From: Candidatus Iainarchaeum sp.
Lineage (GTDB): Archaea > Iainarchaeota > Iainarchaeia > Iainarchaeales > VGJJ01
Assembly: GCA_016198125.1 (NCBI GenBank)
Contig: JACQJG010000018.1
Span: forward strand, 2,843 to 66,842
DNA: 64,000 bases
Reading direction: 5' to 3'
Of this stretch, positions 1-8,410 are shown piece by piece (position 1 is the stretch's first letter; each line of letters begins with the position of its first letter). The notes under the pieces are model-generated. The model did not search any database, was not told the origin of the DNA, and saw only the letters and a program-made list of their open reading frames with translations. The position numbers and the translations under genes are program-made.

Positions 1-570
1 CGCGCTTCTCCCTGCGCTGTCGCAAAGGATGAGATTTACTTTCTTTTTTTCCAATTCCTGCAGTCCTGCACGAATGACCTTGGCCGCGTTTTTTTCGTTG
101 GGCGTTGAGAAAAATTCAGTGCCTTCTACTTTGGCGGTTACTTGTTTCAATTGATCTACTGCGCCTGCACGGAAGGTATCTCCTGCAATAACCCCTATTT
201 TAAGTCCGCGTTTCTTGTAATAGTTTGCCAGTTTTCCTATTGCAGTGCTTTTTCCGCTTCCAAAAAGGCCGACCAGTAAAATGCGTTGAGGGTTTTCGGG
301 TATTTTGGGCGTGCCTCCAAGCAATTCTGCCAAATATTCATAGGTGATGGTTGCAAGGTGTTCTCTTCTTGTGAGTCCTTTTGGCAGGTCTTCTTTGAAG
401 GCTTCGCGTTCAATGCGCCTGCTTAATTCCAGTACAAGGTTCACTTCTACATCTGCTGAGATGAGCGCGCGCTGGATTTCTTTTACTATTTCTTTGATGG
501 CGTCCTTGTCCACTACACGCAGGTTCTGAACGGCTTCCATGGCCTTGCGCAGGCGTTCTCCTAATGACAT
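1..570 (-). CDS. srp54: Signal recognition particle protein SRP54, N-terminal part; C-terminus lies beyond the window start
   Basis: Minus-strand translation from the ATG (cat at 568-570) gives MSLGERLRKAMEAV..., then the P-loop GLFGSGKST and DTFRAGA typical of the SRP54/Ffh NG domain. The ORF is truncated at the window edge. Confidence 0.85.
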   Translation of the reverse strand, partial: MSLGERLRKAMEAVQNLRVVDKDAIKEIVKEIQRALISADVEVNLVLELSRRIEREAFKEDLPKGLTRREHLATITYEYLAELLGGTPKIPENPQRILLVGLFGSGKSTAIGKLANYYKKRGLKIGVIAGDTFRAGAVDQLKQVTAKVEGTEFFSTPNEKNAAKVIRAGLQELEKKKVNLILCDSAGRSA

Positions 571-635
571 GCAAAACTCCTTGGTAGTTTTACCCTGCAA
601 AACCCATTTAATGGGTGGGGGCTTGGCGTGGGACT

Positions 636-1691
636 TTACCCAAGTATGTTGTCTAATATGAATGTCGGGGTGAACGGTTTAAGGTCTCCGTATCCTTGCC
701 CCGTGCCCACAAATAAAATGGGTTTTTTGAGTTGATGCAATAAAGAGATGGCTGTGCCTCCTTTGGCGTCTGTGTCGATTTTTGTCAGAATGAACGCATC
801 AATTCCCACTTCTTTTTCGAGTGTTTGGGCTTGGTGCAGGAGGGCTTGCCCTGTGTATGCTTCTCCAACATAAATCTTCAAATCCGGTTTGGCCACGCGT
901 ACGATTTTTTTCAATTCTTCCATGAGGTTTTTGTTTGTTTCCTGTCTTCCGGCACAGTCAATGAGCACAGCGTCTGCGCGTTCAGCGTTTGCGGCTTTTA
1001 CAGCGTCGAATGCAACCGCGGCAGGGTCTGCGCCATACCGGTGTTTTACCAGTCTTGCATTGAGTTTTTGCGCATGCACTTCCAATTGTTCAATGCTTCC
1101 TGCCCTGAAAGTGTCCGCGCTTGCGAGGATGGCTTTTTTTCCTTTTGCTTGAAGATAGTGTGTTAGTTTGGCGATGGTGGTTGTCTTTCCTGCGCCATTG
1201 GGTCCCATGACTAAGATGACAAATGGTTTTTTGCGTTCCATTTCATCAAACAGGTTCACCTGGCGTGTTTGCATTATTTTTTCCAGTGCTGCGCGTACTT
1301 TTTCTTTCAGGAAACTGTTCACGTTTTCTTTGGATGGAATTTTTTGCCCTGCCAACTGCATTTGAAGTTCTTTTGTGAGGGCCTGCGCGGTTTCCTGTTC
1401 CACGTCCCCTTCAAGGAGCGCCAATTCCAGTTCATCCAGGAAGGGTTCCAATTCTTTTTGGGTTAATTCAATGCTTCCCGTGAGCGCGCCTGCCACTTTT
1501 TTTGCCACCCCCACGTCTGCTTCGAGCCTGCGCGCGGGTGATTCTTCTTTCAGGCCTTTCTTTTTTTCTTGAGGGGGTTTTTGGGGATCCGGGATTTTTA
1601 TGGCTTCCAATTGTTGGGTGCCGGCTTTTTGGCTGAGTCGCTGGGTAAAATCGTTTAGTTTTTTTTTCAGAAAATCAAACATGGGTTTCAC
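636..1691 (-). CDS. ftsY: SRP receptor FtsY
   Basis: 351-aa ORF with a charged N-terminus and an SRP-GTPase NG domain: GPNGAGKTTT P-loop, DTFRAG, and a TKIDTDAKGG-type G4/G5. Confidence 0.9.
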   Translation of the reverse strand: MKPMFDFLKKKLNDFTQRLSQKAGTQQLEAIKIPDPQKPPQEKKKGLKEESPARRLEADVGVAKKVAGALTGSIELTQKELEPFLDELELALLEGDVEQETAQALTKELQMQLAGQKIPSKENVNSFLKEKVRAALEKIMQTRQVNLFDEMERKKPFVILVMGPNGAGKTTTIAKLTHYLQAKGKKAILASADTFRAGSIEQLEVHAQKLNARLVKHRYGADPAAVAFDAVKAANAERADAVLIDCAGRQETNKNLMEELKKIVRVAKPDLKIYVGEAYTGQALLHQAQTLEKEVGIDAFILTKIDTDAKGGTAISLLHQLKKPILFVGTGQGYGDLKPFTPTFILDNILG

Positions 1692-2137
1692 TTTTTTTGC
1701 GCGGTTGCGTGCTGGGCGCGTTCAGCGGCTTGGAGAATTTGTTCGATTTCGCGCAGGTTTTGCACGGTTTTATTGTGTTCGGCTTGTACGCGCGTGAGTT
1801 CCTCTTGAAATAGCTTTTTGTTTGCCTCCAGGTTCTTTTGGATTTCTTCCAGGGTTGTGTTCACGATTACATTGGTTCCAATCATGCGCTTGACTTGAAC
1901 GTTCTTTGTAGTGCATTCCACATATGCCCCGGCTCCCAACGGAATGAGGGCCTGGCTTTCTTTTTCGTTTTTGAGCGCGTTTATGGCCAGCTGGGCATTT
2001 TCTGCCTGCATTAAAAGGACTTCAACTTCTCTTGCCCGCTGGTCAATGGCCGCGAGTTTCATTCGTTCGGCTTCATGGGCTTCCAGTACCTGCTGCCGCG
2101 TAAGTGTGATTTCTTTTTTTTGCTTTTTTTCAGCCAT
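1688..2137 (-). CDS. pfdA: Prefoldin alpha subunit
   Basis: 149 aa with coiled-coil N and C termini and a central beta-hairpin region. It lies in the conserved archaeal position between ftsY and rplX, with a 4-nt overlap with ftsY. Confidence 0.75.
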   Translation of the reverse strand: MAEKKQKKEITLTRQQVLEAHEAERMKLAAIDQRAREVEVLLMQAENAQLAINALKNEKESQALIPLGAGAYVECTTKNVQVKRMIGTNVIVNTTLEEIQKNLEANKKLFQEELTRVQAEHNKTVQNLREIEQILQAAERAQHATAQKK

Positions 2138-2158
2138 AGAGCATTCCTTCCTTTTTTT

Positions 2159-2350
2159 TCATTTCTTGTCTTCTTCGGAATGAGTAATGGTAATGTTGGT
2201 TCTTTTTAACCTGTGCCTGCTTCCCAGCGTTGAAAAGGCTTTTTCCACGGCGCTTCGCTCACTGAGGGCTTTTACACGGGTTGAAAACAGTTGCATTCCC
2301 TTCTTTGTTTTTAAACTGCCTTTAACGCTGAATGTTTTTTCTTGTGTCAT
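2159..2350 (-). CDS. rplX: Ribosomal protein LX (L18Ae/eL20 family)
   Basis: 63-aa basic protein located between eIF6 and pfdA in the conserved archaeal cluster. Confidence 0.6.
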   Translation of the reverse strand: MTQEKTFSVKGSLKTKKGMQLFSTRVKALSERSAVEKAFSTLGSRHRLKRTNITITHSEEDKK

Positions 2351-3021
2351 GTTCCTCCTCCGCTCAATCCGTCGTCAATGCGAATCATTTCAGGGCCCGA
2401 AGTCATTTCCCCCACAAGCGCTCCTTGGCTTGTTGCCACAAGGGAGTTTCCGACGAAAGGGTCTCCGTAATTTGCCGTGGTTGGAATGCCGTCAACTTTG
2501 AATAATGCTTCCAGTTTTTTTATTTCTTCAGGTGCTGCTCGGGGGTGTACAAGGAATCCTTGCTGATTTACCACTAAACTGCTTCCCACAAGTTCGGTGC
2601 CGGCAAGATTTGCGTGTATGATGGGGACTTTGAGAAAACCTTCCATTTCCTTTACTGCCTGAACGGGAATGCTTTTGCTTGCAAGTAATCCAAACGCATT
2701 GCCTGCCACCAGGTTTCCAATAGCAGTTACTTCTTTGACTTTATGGACTTCAATTCCAAGTCTTTGGAGGTGGGTTTCTTCGCGCGCTTCAATGGTTTGG
2801 GGTACGAGGAATTTGCTTCCAATTCCGCGGGCCATGACCCCCAATAGAGAAGTGCTTGCAATGCTGGTTGGAATGGTTTCCACCCCCAGCACATCTTCAA
2901 AGTGCTTGGCTTTTTTGCGTTCCGTGTTCAGTGGGATCAAGGACATTTTTTCTGTTACCGTGGAAAAAACCCCGATGAACGGGCTTCCATTCAGGGTTTG
3001 TTTTTCAATGTTCATCGCCAA
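2347..3021 (-). CDS. eif6: Translation initiation factor 6 (eIF6)
   Basis: 224 aa with the repeated eIF6 pentein pattern (GVFSTVTE, NLVAGNAFGLL, SLVATSQGALVG). Confidence 0.85.
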   Translation of the reverse strand: MAMNIEKQTLNGSPFIGVFSTVTEKMSLIPLNTERKKAKHFEDVLGVETIPTSIASTSLLGVMARGIGSKFLVPQTIEAREETHLQRLGIEVHKVKEVTAIGNLVAGNAFGLLASKSIPVQAVKEMEGFLKVPIIHANLAGTELVGSSLVVNQQGFLVHPRAAPEEIKKLEALFKVDGIPTTANYGDPFVGNSLVATSQGALVGEMTSGPEMIRIDDGLSGGGT

Positions 3022-3041
3022 ACCCCCTCTGCTTGTTGTCT

Positions 3042-3473
3042 CTATTCAATCCCGCGTTTGATGGCTTCTTTTTGGGCCTGTTCTTCCATGCGTTTTTTTT
3101 CTTCAAGTTTTTTTCCTGCTTCAACTTGCTCCGGGGATTTTTCGTCCTTCTTTTCAGGGGTTATTTCTTCCTTTTTTTTCTCTGCCTTTTGGGCTTTGCG
3201 CTTGTTTTCGAATTCCTGCAATTGAGTGCCTTCTTTCAGGAATACGTGCACGTTTTCCCCGTCTTCTTTTAATTGAATGGTGAACTTTTTTGGCTTTTTT
3301 TGCTTGCTTCGGCTCCAAATGTACTCGTTTACTTCGTTGCTTACTTTGATGTTTTCAGGTTCTTTTCTGGTGTGCTTTTGAACGAATTTTTTTAGGAATG
3401 TAACGCTTTTGTTTGCGATTCTCCCCCTGGGTTTGCGTACTTCGTTCAATGAAACCATGTATTCGTTGTTCAT
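3042..3473 (-). CDS. rpl31e: Ribosomal protein eL31 with Lys/Glu-rich C-terminal extension
   Basis: N-terminal 90 aa match the eL31 core (VSLNEVRKPRG...VTFLKKFVQKHTRKEP...WSRS). The C-terminal ~50 aa are K/E-rich low complexity. Confidence 0.8.
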   Translation of the reverse strand: MNNEYMVSLNEVRKPRGRIANKSVTFLKKFVQKHTRKEPENIKVSNEVNEYIWSRSKQKKPKKFTIQLKEDGENVHVFLKEGTQLQEFENKRKAQKAEKKKEEITPEKKDEKSPEQVEAGKKLEEKKRMEEQAQKEAIKRGIE

Positions 3474-3487
3474 GTTTTATTCCTCTT

Positions 3488-3769
3488 TTAGTAGCTGCCC
3501 TCGTACTTTCTTTTTTCGCTGCGTGGAACCTTGTTGTGGTAATGTTTTCCGCTTTTGACTTTGAATGCGCGCTGGTATTCTTCTTTTTCGCGTTTTCTGT
3601 ATTCTTTGCCCAGCGTGGTGTGCCGCCAGTGCCTTTTTTGCTTGGGGTTGAAAATCCTGCGCCCGGCTTTCTGCAGCACCCATACAGGGGCATTGGTGAT
3701 GCTTGCGGATATTTTTTTTCGCGTTGTAATGAGGAATTCCTTTAATTCCGGGTCCTTGTTTCGTGCCAT
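3488..3769 (-). CDS. rpl39e: Ribosomal protein eL39 with ~40-aa basic C-terminal extension
   Basis: From the ATG at 3767-3769: MARNKDPELKEF...NAPVWVLQKAGRRIFNPKQKRHWRHTTLG matches the eL39 core (about 51 aa). The frame then continues with KEYRKREKEEYQ...RKYEGSY before the stop. Confidence 0.7.
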   Translation of the reverse strand: MARNKDPELKEFLITTRKKISASITNAPVWVLQKAGRRIFNPKQKRHWRHTTLGKEYRKREKEEYQRAFKVKSGKHYHNKVPRSEKRKYEGSY

Positions 3770-3770
3770 T

Positions 3771-4091
3771 TTATTTTCTCCTGATGCTGATTTCCTTCTT
3801 ATGCGATAATTTTGCGAGCAGGCCAACCAATTCCTGTTCTGATAAGCGTTGCTGGATTCTCCCGGCTTGGGCCGCGTACAAGAGGTATTGCACTGTTTGG
3901 GCGTACCGCTCTGGGTTTACCAGTCGTACATTGGAAAGCCGGTTCTTGGCTTCGGGGGACAGGATTTTGCGCAGCACTCCTTCCATTTGTTGCTGGGCGT
4001 GGAGTTCTTGTTCTTCTTGTTGCCGCTCCATGAATTTTTTCTTTAACTCTTGGAGTTTTTTTTCCCGTGCCTCTTCGTGCGCGTCTTCCAT
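3771..4091 (-). CDS. PDCD5/TFAR19-like DNA-binding protein (COG2118)
   Basis: Start taken at MEDAHEE (cat at 4089-4091) to avoid overlap with rps19e. The conserved C-terminal block is LRKILSPEAKNRLSNVRLVNPERYAQTVQYLLYAAQAG, and the gene sits in the usual archaeal position beside rpl39e. The longer ORF to 4301 overlaps rps19e. Confidence 0.6.
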   Translation of the reverse strand: MEDAHEEAREKKLQELKKKFMERQQEEQELHAQQQMEGVLRKILSPEAKNRLSNVRLVNPERYAQTVQYLLYAAQAGRIQQRLSEQELVGLLAKLSHKKEISIRRK

Positions 4092-4104
4092 TCTCTTCCC
4101 CTTT

Positions 4105-4701
4105 TTATGCGTTTTGTGCTTGGGTTCCCTCCTTGAGTTTTTGCTTTTTCTTGTCGTCGCGTGACGCTGCGTCTTCTTTTGGTTTTCCGCCTTCGCTTTG
4201 CCTGCGCAGGGCTTCGCGGATGGTCTTTTCTTCTGCGCTGACCGTTGTTTTTTCTTCGCGTTTGACTTTTTTTTCAGGTCCTTCGCGTTGAATGCGTTCA
4301 AGGGTTTTTTTGCTGATTGTGTTCAAGTACTTTTGCCCGGCGGGCGTGAGAATTCTTCCTTTTTTTTCTTTTTTTACGAACTGGTTTTTTTCCAGGGCTT
4401 GAAGGCACGTGCGAATGACTTTTCCGCCTGCTTTTGTGAACCGGTGGGGTCTTACTCCGCGTGCTTTTTTGCCTCCGTAATACGTACGCAGGCTTTCAGT
4501 CCCCAAGGGGCCTTCGCGGTAAATGCGGTATAAAATGCTTGCGCACCGCATGAACCACCAGTCGCGTTGCAGGGGCGCGCGTTCGGCATGGGCTCCGCTT
4601 TTCACGTAGTCTATAAAGCGCGGCTGGTTTAATCCCTTGGTTTTAAGGTCTTCTTTTAGGTCTTGAATGAGTTCGCTTGCCGGAACATCCAATATTCCCA
4701 T
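4105..4701 (-). CDS. rps19e: Ribosomal protein eS19 with K-rich C-terminal extension
   Basis: The N-terminal 150 aa match eS19 (DVPASELIQDLKEDLK...HAERAPLQRDWWFMRCASILYRIYREGPLG...YGGKKARGVRPHRF). About 45 aa of K/E-rich tail follow. Confidence 0.8.
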   Translation of the reverse strand: MGILDVPASELIQDLKEDLKTKGLNQPRFIDYVKSGAHAERAPLQRDWWFMRCASILYRIYREGPLGTESLRTYYGGKKARGVRPHRFTKAGGKVIRTCLQALEKNQFVKKEKKGRILTPAGQKYLNTISKKTLERIQREGPEKKVKREEKTTVSAEEKTIREALRRQSEGGKPKEDAASRDDKKKQKLKEGTQAQNA

Positions 4702-4801
4702 AACGCTTCCTCCCCTTGCGGGGCCGTCAAAGAGGGTTTTTACCCTTCTGCAGGTTGAAAACCCGATTGAAGTGGTTTAAAGGAATTCCCCTGCTAATGG
4801 T

Positions 4802-5125
4802 TTAAAAACGTTTGCCGGGGGGTGTGCCCAGCCGGTAGCGTTTTGTTGTTTTGCATTCCTTGCACGTGGCGTTGAGCATGCTTCCTTTAACACGTTTCAC
4901 TATGTTGAACCCTTCTTTCCACGGGGTTTTGCAGTGCTTGCAATACGCAGTTTTAATGTCCAACGGCATTCGCATTCTATACCGCGTGGAAATGCGTTCC
5001 AGCAGTTGAATGTACCGTTTGCTTCGTTCAGGGTGTTTTGAATGGGCTTCTTGTGCGAGTTCAAGCAGGCGGTACATGCGTTCCAATGCAATGTGTTGAA
5101 CGAAGTTTTTTTTGGGTGCCGGCAT
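4802..5125 (-). CDS. rnp4: RNase P protein subunit Rpp21 (Rnp4)
   Basis: 107 aa with a helical N-terminus (IALERMYRLLELAQEA) and a C-terminal zinc ribbon (CKHCKT...CKECKT). Confidence 0.7.
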   Translation of the reverse strand: MPAPKKNFVQHIALERMYRLLELAQEAHSKHPERSKRYIQLLERISTRYRMRMPLDIKTAYCKHCKTPWKEGFNIVKRVKGSMLNATCKECKTTKRYRLGTPPGKRF

Positions 5126-5138
5126 GTTTTTTCCTTTG

Positions 5139-6215
5139 TTAAAGTGTTTTTTGTTCTTTTTGTATTTCTCTTATTTTTTGCGTTGCAAGCCGTATCCCTT
5201 CGCGCAGCGTGCCTTCGCGGAACCCGGAAAGGGTAGTGCCATATCTCTTGAGGGATTTGAAGCACAAGGTCATGAGTGTTTTGTACGCCGTCCAGTGTTT
5301 GATACGCGCGTGGAGTAGCCGTGCGCGAAGGGTCTTAAGTTCTTGAGGGGTTAATGCGGCAAGCCCGGATTTTTCTTTTGCTTCTGTGTATTCCCTGAAC
5401 AGGTCCAGGGCGTTTTTTTGGATTTCTTCCAGCTCTATTTTATGGTTTTCAATGGTTTTGTGGTCTTGTAATGCTGCTTCGGGATATTGGCTGACGTATT
5501 CTACCCGTTCGCGTGCTTGGGCTGCTTTTTTTTCTGCTGTTTGCAGGCGCCACAAATTGCTTTCCATACGTTCTTTTATGATTTGAAAGTTGTGTTCGCG
5601 GATTTCAAGCGGGTCGCTGGACCAGCGCTGAAAGTATGTTTTAAGCATTACAAGTTTTTCTCCGCACGAACGGTATAATGCGGCAAGTTGCGTGTAAATC
5701 GTGTACAGTTCAAGATTGTGCGAGAAAAGGTCTGTGATGTTGGTGGAAGGATTGTTTTCTTTTGGGCGTTTCCGCAAGAGTGCGTTAACGTGTTCTTTTT
5801 GTTTATATATGCGGTCGTCTAATTTTTCCAGGTATTTTTGAAACACGCGGCCATAACGTGCGCCGATCTCCCTATAATAATCATCTGATTTCAATGGCCG
5901 CGGTTTTCTTTGGCGCCATTCATACAGCGTTTTTAAGCGCTTGTTTTTTTCTTTCCTTGCTGCCCAATCCAATGCACTGTCAATGTCCTGCAGAACATAT
6001 TCTTTTTTTGTGCGCTTGAATATTTTTCCGCGGGAGGCTTTGGTGCGCAGGCGTTCAGGGTTAAAAACGTATTTTACGCTGCGGCGCAGCGCGCGTAATT
6101 GCGCATCCACTGGCAGGGCATGGAATGTCCTGGACCCGGGAATAGGCTTTTTTTTTCTTTGCATGTACTGCTCATGCGTGCGGCCTATTTTAACGCGTGG
6201 GGCTTGGATTGGCAT
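5139..6215 (-). CDS. Hypothetical alpha-helical protein, co-operonic with the PEP-utilizer domain gene
   Basis: 358-aa ORF predicted to be helical with coiled-coil-like segments. It overlaps the upstream gene by 26 nt on the same strand. No recognisable motif. Confidence 0.5.
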   Translation of the reverse strand: MPIQAPRVKIGRTHEQYMQRKKKPIPGSRTFHALPVDAQLRALRRSVKYVFNPERLRTKASRGKIFKRTKKEYVLQDIDSALDWAARKEKNKRLKTLYEWRQRKPRPLKSDDYYREIGARYGRVFQKYLEKLDDRIYKQKEHVNALLRKRPKENNPSTNITDLFSHNLELYTIYTQLAALYRSCGEKLVMLKTYFQRWSSDPLEIREHNFQIIKERMESNLWRLQTAEKKAAQARERVEYVSQYPEAALQDHKTIENHKIELEEIQKNALDLFREYTEAKEKSGLAALTPQELKTLRARLLHARIKHWTAYKTLMTLCFKSLKRYGTTLSGFREGTLREGIRLATQKIREIQKEQKTL

Positions 6216-7527
6216 TTAAACGCTTTACAATTCCATTACGGGCGTCCACCTCAACCAGGTCCCAGTCGTGAAGGGCCTTGGTGGCCTGGGGCACTCCCAC
6301 AAGGGTTGGGATTTTGAATTCCCGTGCAAAGATTGCACTGTGCGTTAGCAATCCCCCCATTTCTATGATCATACCGTGGGCTTTGTGCATCCACGGCTCG
6401 TATTGTACAAGGGTTTCAGCAGCCACTAAAATATCCCCCGGGTTTACTTTTGAAATGTCTTCCAGGGAATGCACTACTTTTACAGGCCCAATGGCTTTTC
6501 CGGGGCATGCAATTTGGCCCGTAAACGTTTCCTGGTTGCTGGGTTTAAACGCGAAGCGTTCTTTGAGCGCATGATACTCTTCAATGGAAAGCGGTCGGAC
6601 TCCTTGAGGGGTTTTTACAAGTCCTTTGAATGTAAAGCGTTCTCCTAGTTTTTCAGGGCCTTGTCCTGTTTTCAGGGCGTATTCTATTTCTTTTGGCAGC
6701 AGTACTTCCCAGTACTTTTCATGCAACCCTATACGTTTCAATGCCTCTGTGAATAAAGGCCGCATGCAGTACAACGCGTAATTGTACGCATCAATGCGCT
6801 CGAACTTCAACCACAAAAACAGCTGTAATTCTTTTAACAAGGCATTCCGGCTTACTTTTATTTTTTTGGGCAGTGTAGCCGTTTTTCTTAATTGCATTAA
6901 ATCCGCTGGAGTAAGGGCCTTGCCGCGCAGCAGGCTGAGCCCATACCAGCCAAATGCGCGCGCCAGTCGCTTCAATGCATGTTCATCGCCTGGTCGCATC
7001 TTCAAGAGTTTTTCGTTGAGTCGTTCGGCTGACACCTTTCTCAAGGGACGGATTTCCTGGAAGTTTATTTTGGGTATTTTTTTAACGATGTAGGGTTCTA
7101 CTGCGTTCGCGGTTGGCAAGTAGGTCCACAGGAATCCAAGCGTTTCACGCATTCTTTCGTGAAATCGTTCCACTTCTCTTGAAAGCCGTTCATTGGAGTA
7201 CTTTTCAAAGGGTTTATGCCTGTTCTTATCGGAATAATCTTTTAGTTTTTTGATTGCTTTTTGGCATTTGGCATTCCATTTTTTCAGGAACCCTGCCGGG
7301 TTTTTTTCAATGAGGAGTTGGAGTTTCTTGCCTTTTTCTTTTTGGAAGTGGAATTCATCGTCAATGACCAGCATGAATTCTTGCGAGAATGCTATTCCAA
7401 AGTTTTTCTTGTAATTGGCAGTGTTTTCTGCTTCAAAAGATAATGCATTGAAATAAGTGCTGTTGGGCCAAGCCCCTAATTTTGGAAACTCTTCGGGGTT
7501 GAAACGTTGCAGGTCTTCTCCAGGCAT
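6190..7527 (-). CDS. PEP-utilizing enzyme mobile (phosphohistidine) domain protein with an unknown ~330-aa N-terminal domain
   Basis: The C-terminal ~90 aa carry the PEP-utilizer signature (ACPGKAIGPVKVV...GDILVAAETLVQYEPWMHKAHGMIIEMGGLLTHSAIFAREFKIPTLVGV). No ATP-grasp/PPDK_N motifs are visible upstream of it. Confidence 0.65.
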   Translation of the reverse strand: MPGEDLQRFNPEEFPKLGAWPNSTYFNALSFEAENTANYKKNFGIAFSQEFMLVIDDEFHFQKEKGKKLQLLIEKNPAGFLKKWNAKCQKAIKKLKDYSDKNRHKPFEKYSNERLSREVERFHERMRETLGFLWTYLPTANAVEPYIVKKIPKINFQEIRPLRKVSAERLNEKLLKMRPGDEHALKRLARAFGWYGLSLLRGKALTPADLMQLRKTATLPKKIKVSRNALLKELQLFLWLKFERIDAYNYALYCMRPLFTEALKRIGLHEKYWEVLLPKEIEYALKTGQGPEKLGERFTFKGLVKTPQGVRPLSIEEYHALKERFAFKPSNQETFTGQIACPGKAIGPVKVVHSLEDISKVNPGDILVAAETLVQYEPWMHKAHGMIIEMGGLLTHSAIFAREFKIPTLVGVPQATKALHDWDLVEVDARNGIVKRLNANPSPTR

Positions 7528-7552
7528 GTCAATTACTTGTGAGTTTGTGGAT

Positions 7553-8382
7553 TTAAATGGTGGCGATAGCCCCGTCTTGAGTGTTTATCCAAATCCTTTC
7601 CAGCACGCGTTCTTCATCAGGGTTATTTCCATGGATGGCGTGCAGGTATTGGTGGTTGTCGAACACAAGCAAATCGTTTTCTTTCCAATAATGCGTGAGT
7701 ACAAGGGATTGGTCTAATGCATAGTAAGGTTTTGAATGGCTTTGGCAGTGGTGCGTAAATCCGGCACAGGGGGCAAATCATTTTCCGCTGTAATGCGCGG
7801 AAAAATAATGGAGCGTCTAGGGAGCGTTATAACGTGGCTTTCTTTCCACGGGTGCTTTCTAATCAAGGGGGTGGGTTGGAGTTCCAGCGGTTTTCCAGCC
7901 GGGATCGTGTCCAGTTTGGACAGCGTGTCCATAAATGGGCTCAGCATGTTGAGTGCGTGCGTAGTGTCAGTTAATAGCGTTGGATTTTCACTTTTCCCGG
8001 GGTTAACACAATATAGTAAGACAAGGTGCGGGGGCAGCGCATGATGACTACCGTCCGTGTGCCAGTCAAAGAGAGGCTGGGCTGATGTGCCCTTACAAGA
8101 GGGGTATTCTTCTCGTACAAAGGAAAGGTATCCTCCACTGCTTCGTACAAGGGAAAAGGTTTTGGACTGCGCTGCATACTCAAAAAAGTCTTTGGGTTTG
8201 AAGTCCACTTTTAAAAGGTCAAACCCTTGTTTGTGCCAATCGTGTTTGCATAACCAGTCAAAAAATTCACGGGTTGAAAGAAGCGTGGAGTTGGGTGAAG
8301 GAATTGTTTCTCGGAGGGTGGTCTGGGTTTCTGTCCACATGAATTGCATTATTGTTTTATTTTTAAAGGCTTTTAGTTTCAT
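7553..8382 (-). pseudogene. TauD/TfdA-family Fe(II)/2-oxoglutarate dioxygenase, interrupted by a -1 frameshift at a C5 run (G5 on plus strand, 7768-7772)
   Basis: The frame from M (cat 8380-8382) carries WHTDGSHHALPPHLVLLYCVNPG...SENPTLL, which is TauD-like, and ends at a TAG at 7714-7716. The conserved C-terminus (HYWKENDLLVFDNHQYLHAIHG...ERIWINT) continues in another frame down to the TAA at 7553-7555. Adding one C at the C5 run joins the two frames. Confidence 0.55.
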
Positions 8383-8410
8383 TTTTATAGTACATTGTTT
8401 TATTTTTACC
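8383..8410. promoter_or_regulatory. Compact AT-rich divergent promoter region, with TATA-like elements on both strands about 25 bp from two divergent ATGs
   Basis: 28-bp spacer atttttatagtacattgttttatttttacc lies between the ATG at 8382 (minus) and the ATG at 8411 (plus). tttttata is centred about 25 bp upstream of the 8411 ATG, and taaaaata on the other strand about 23 bp upstream of 8382. This would fit leaderless archaeal transcripts. Confidence 0.3.

Noticed and set aside
344-529. 61-aa plus-strand ORF
   Set aside because: It lies inside and antisense to the SRP54 NG domain coding sequence.
3355-3693. 112-aa and 68-aa K/R-rich ORFs overlapping the rpl31e/rpl39e region
   Set aside because: They are alternative frames of A-rich ribosomal-protein coding sequence. 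The real frames carry the eL31 and eL39 signatures.
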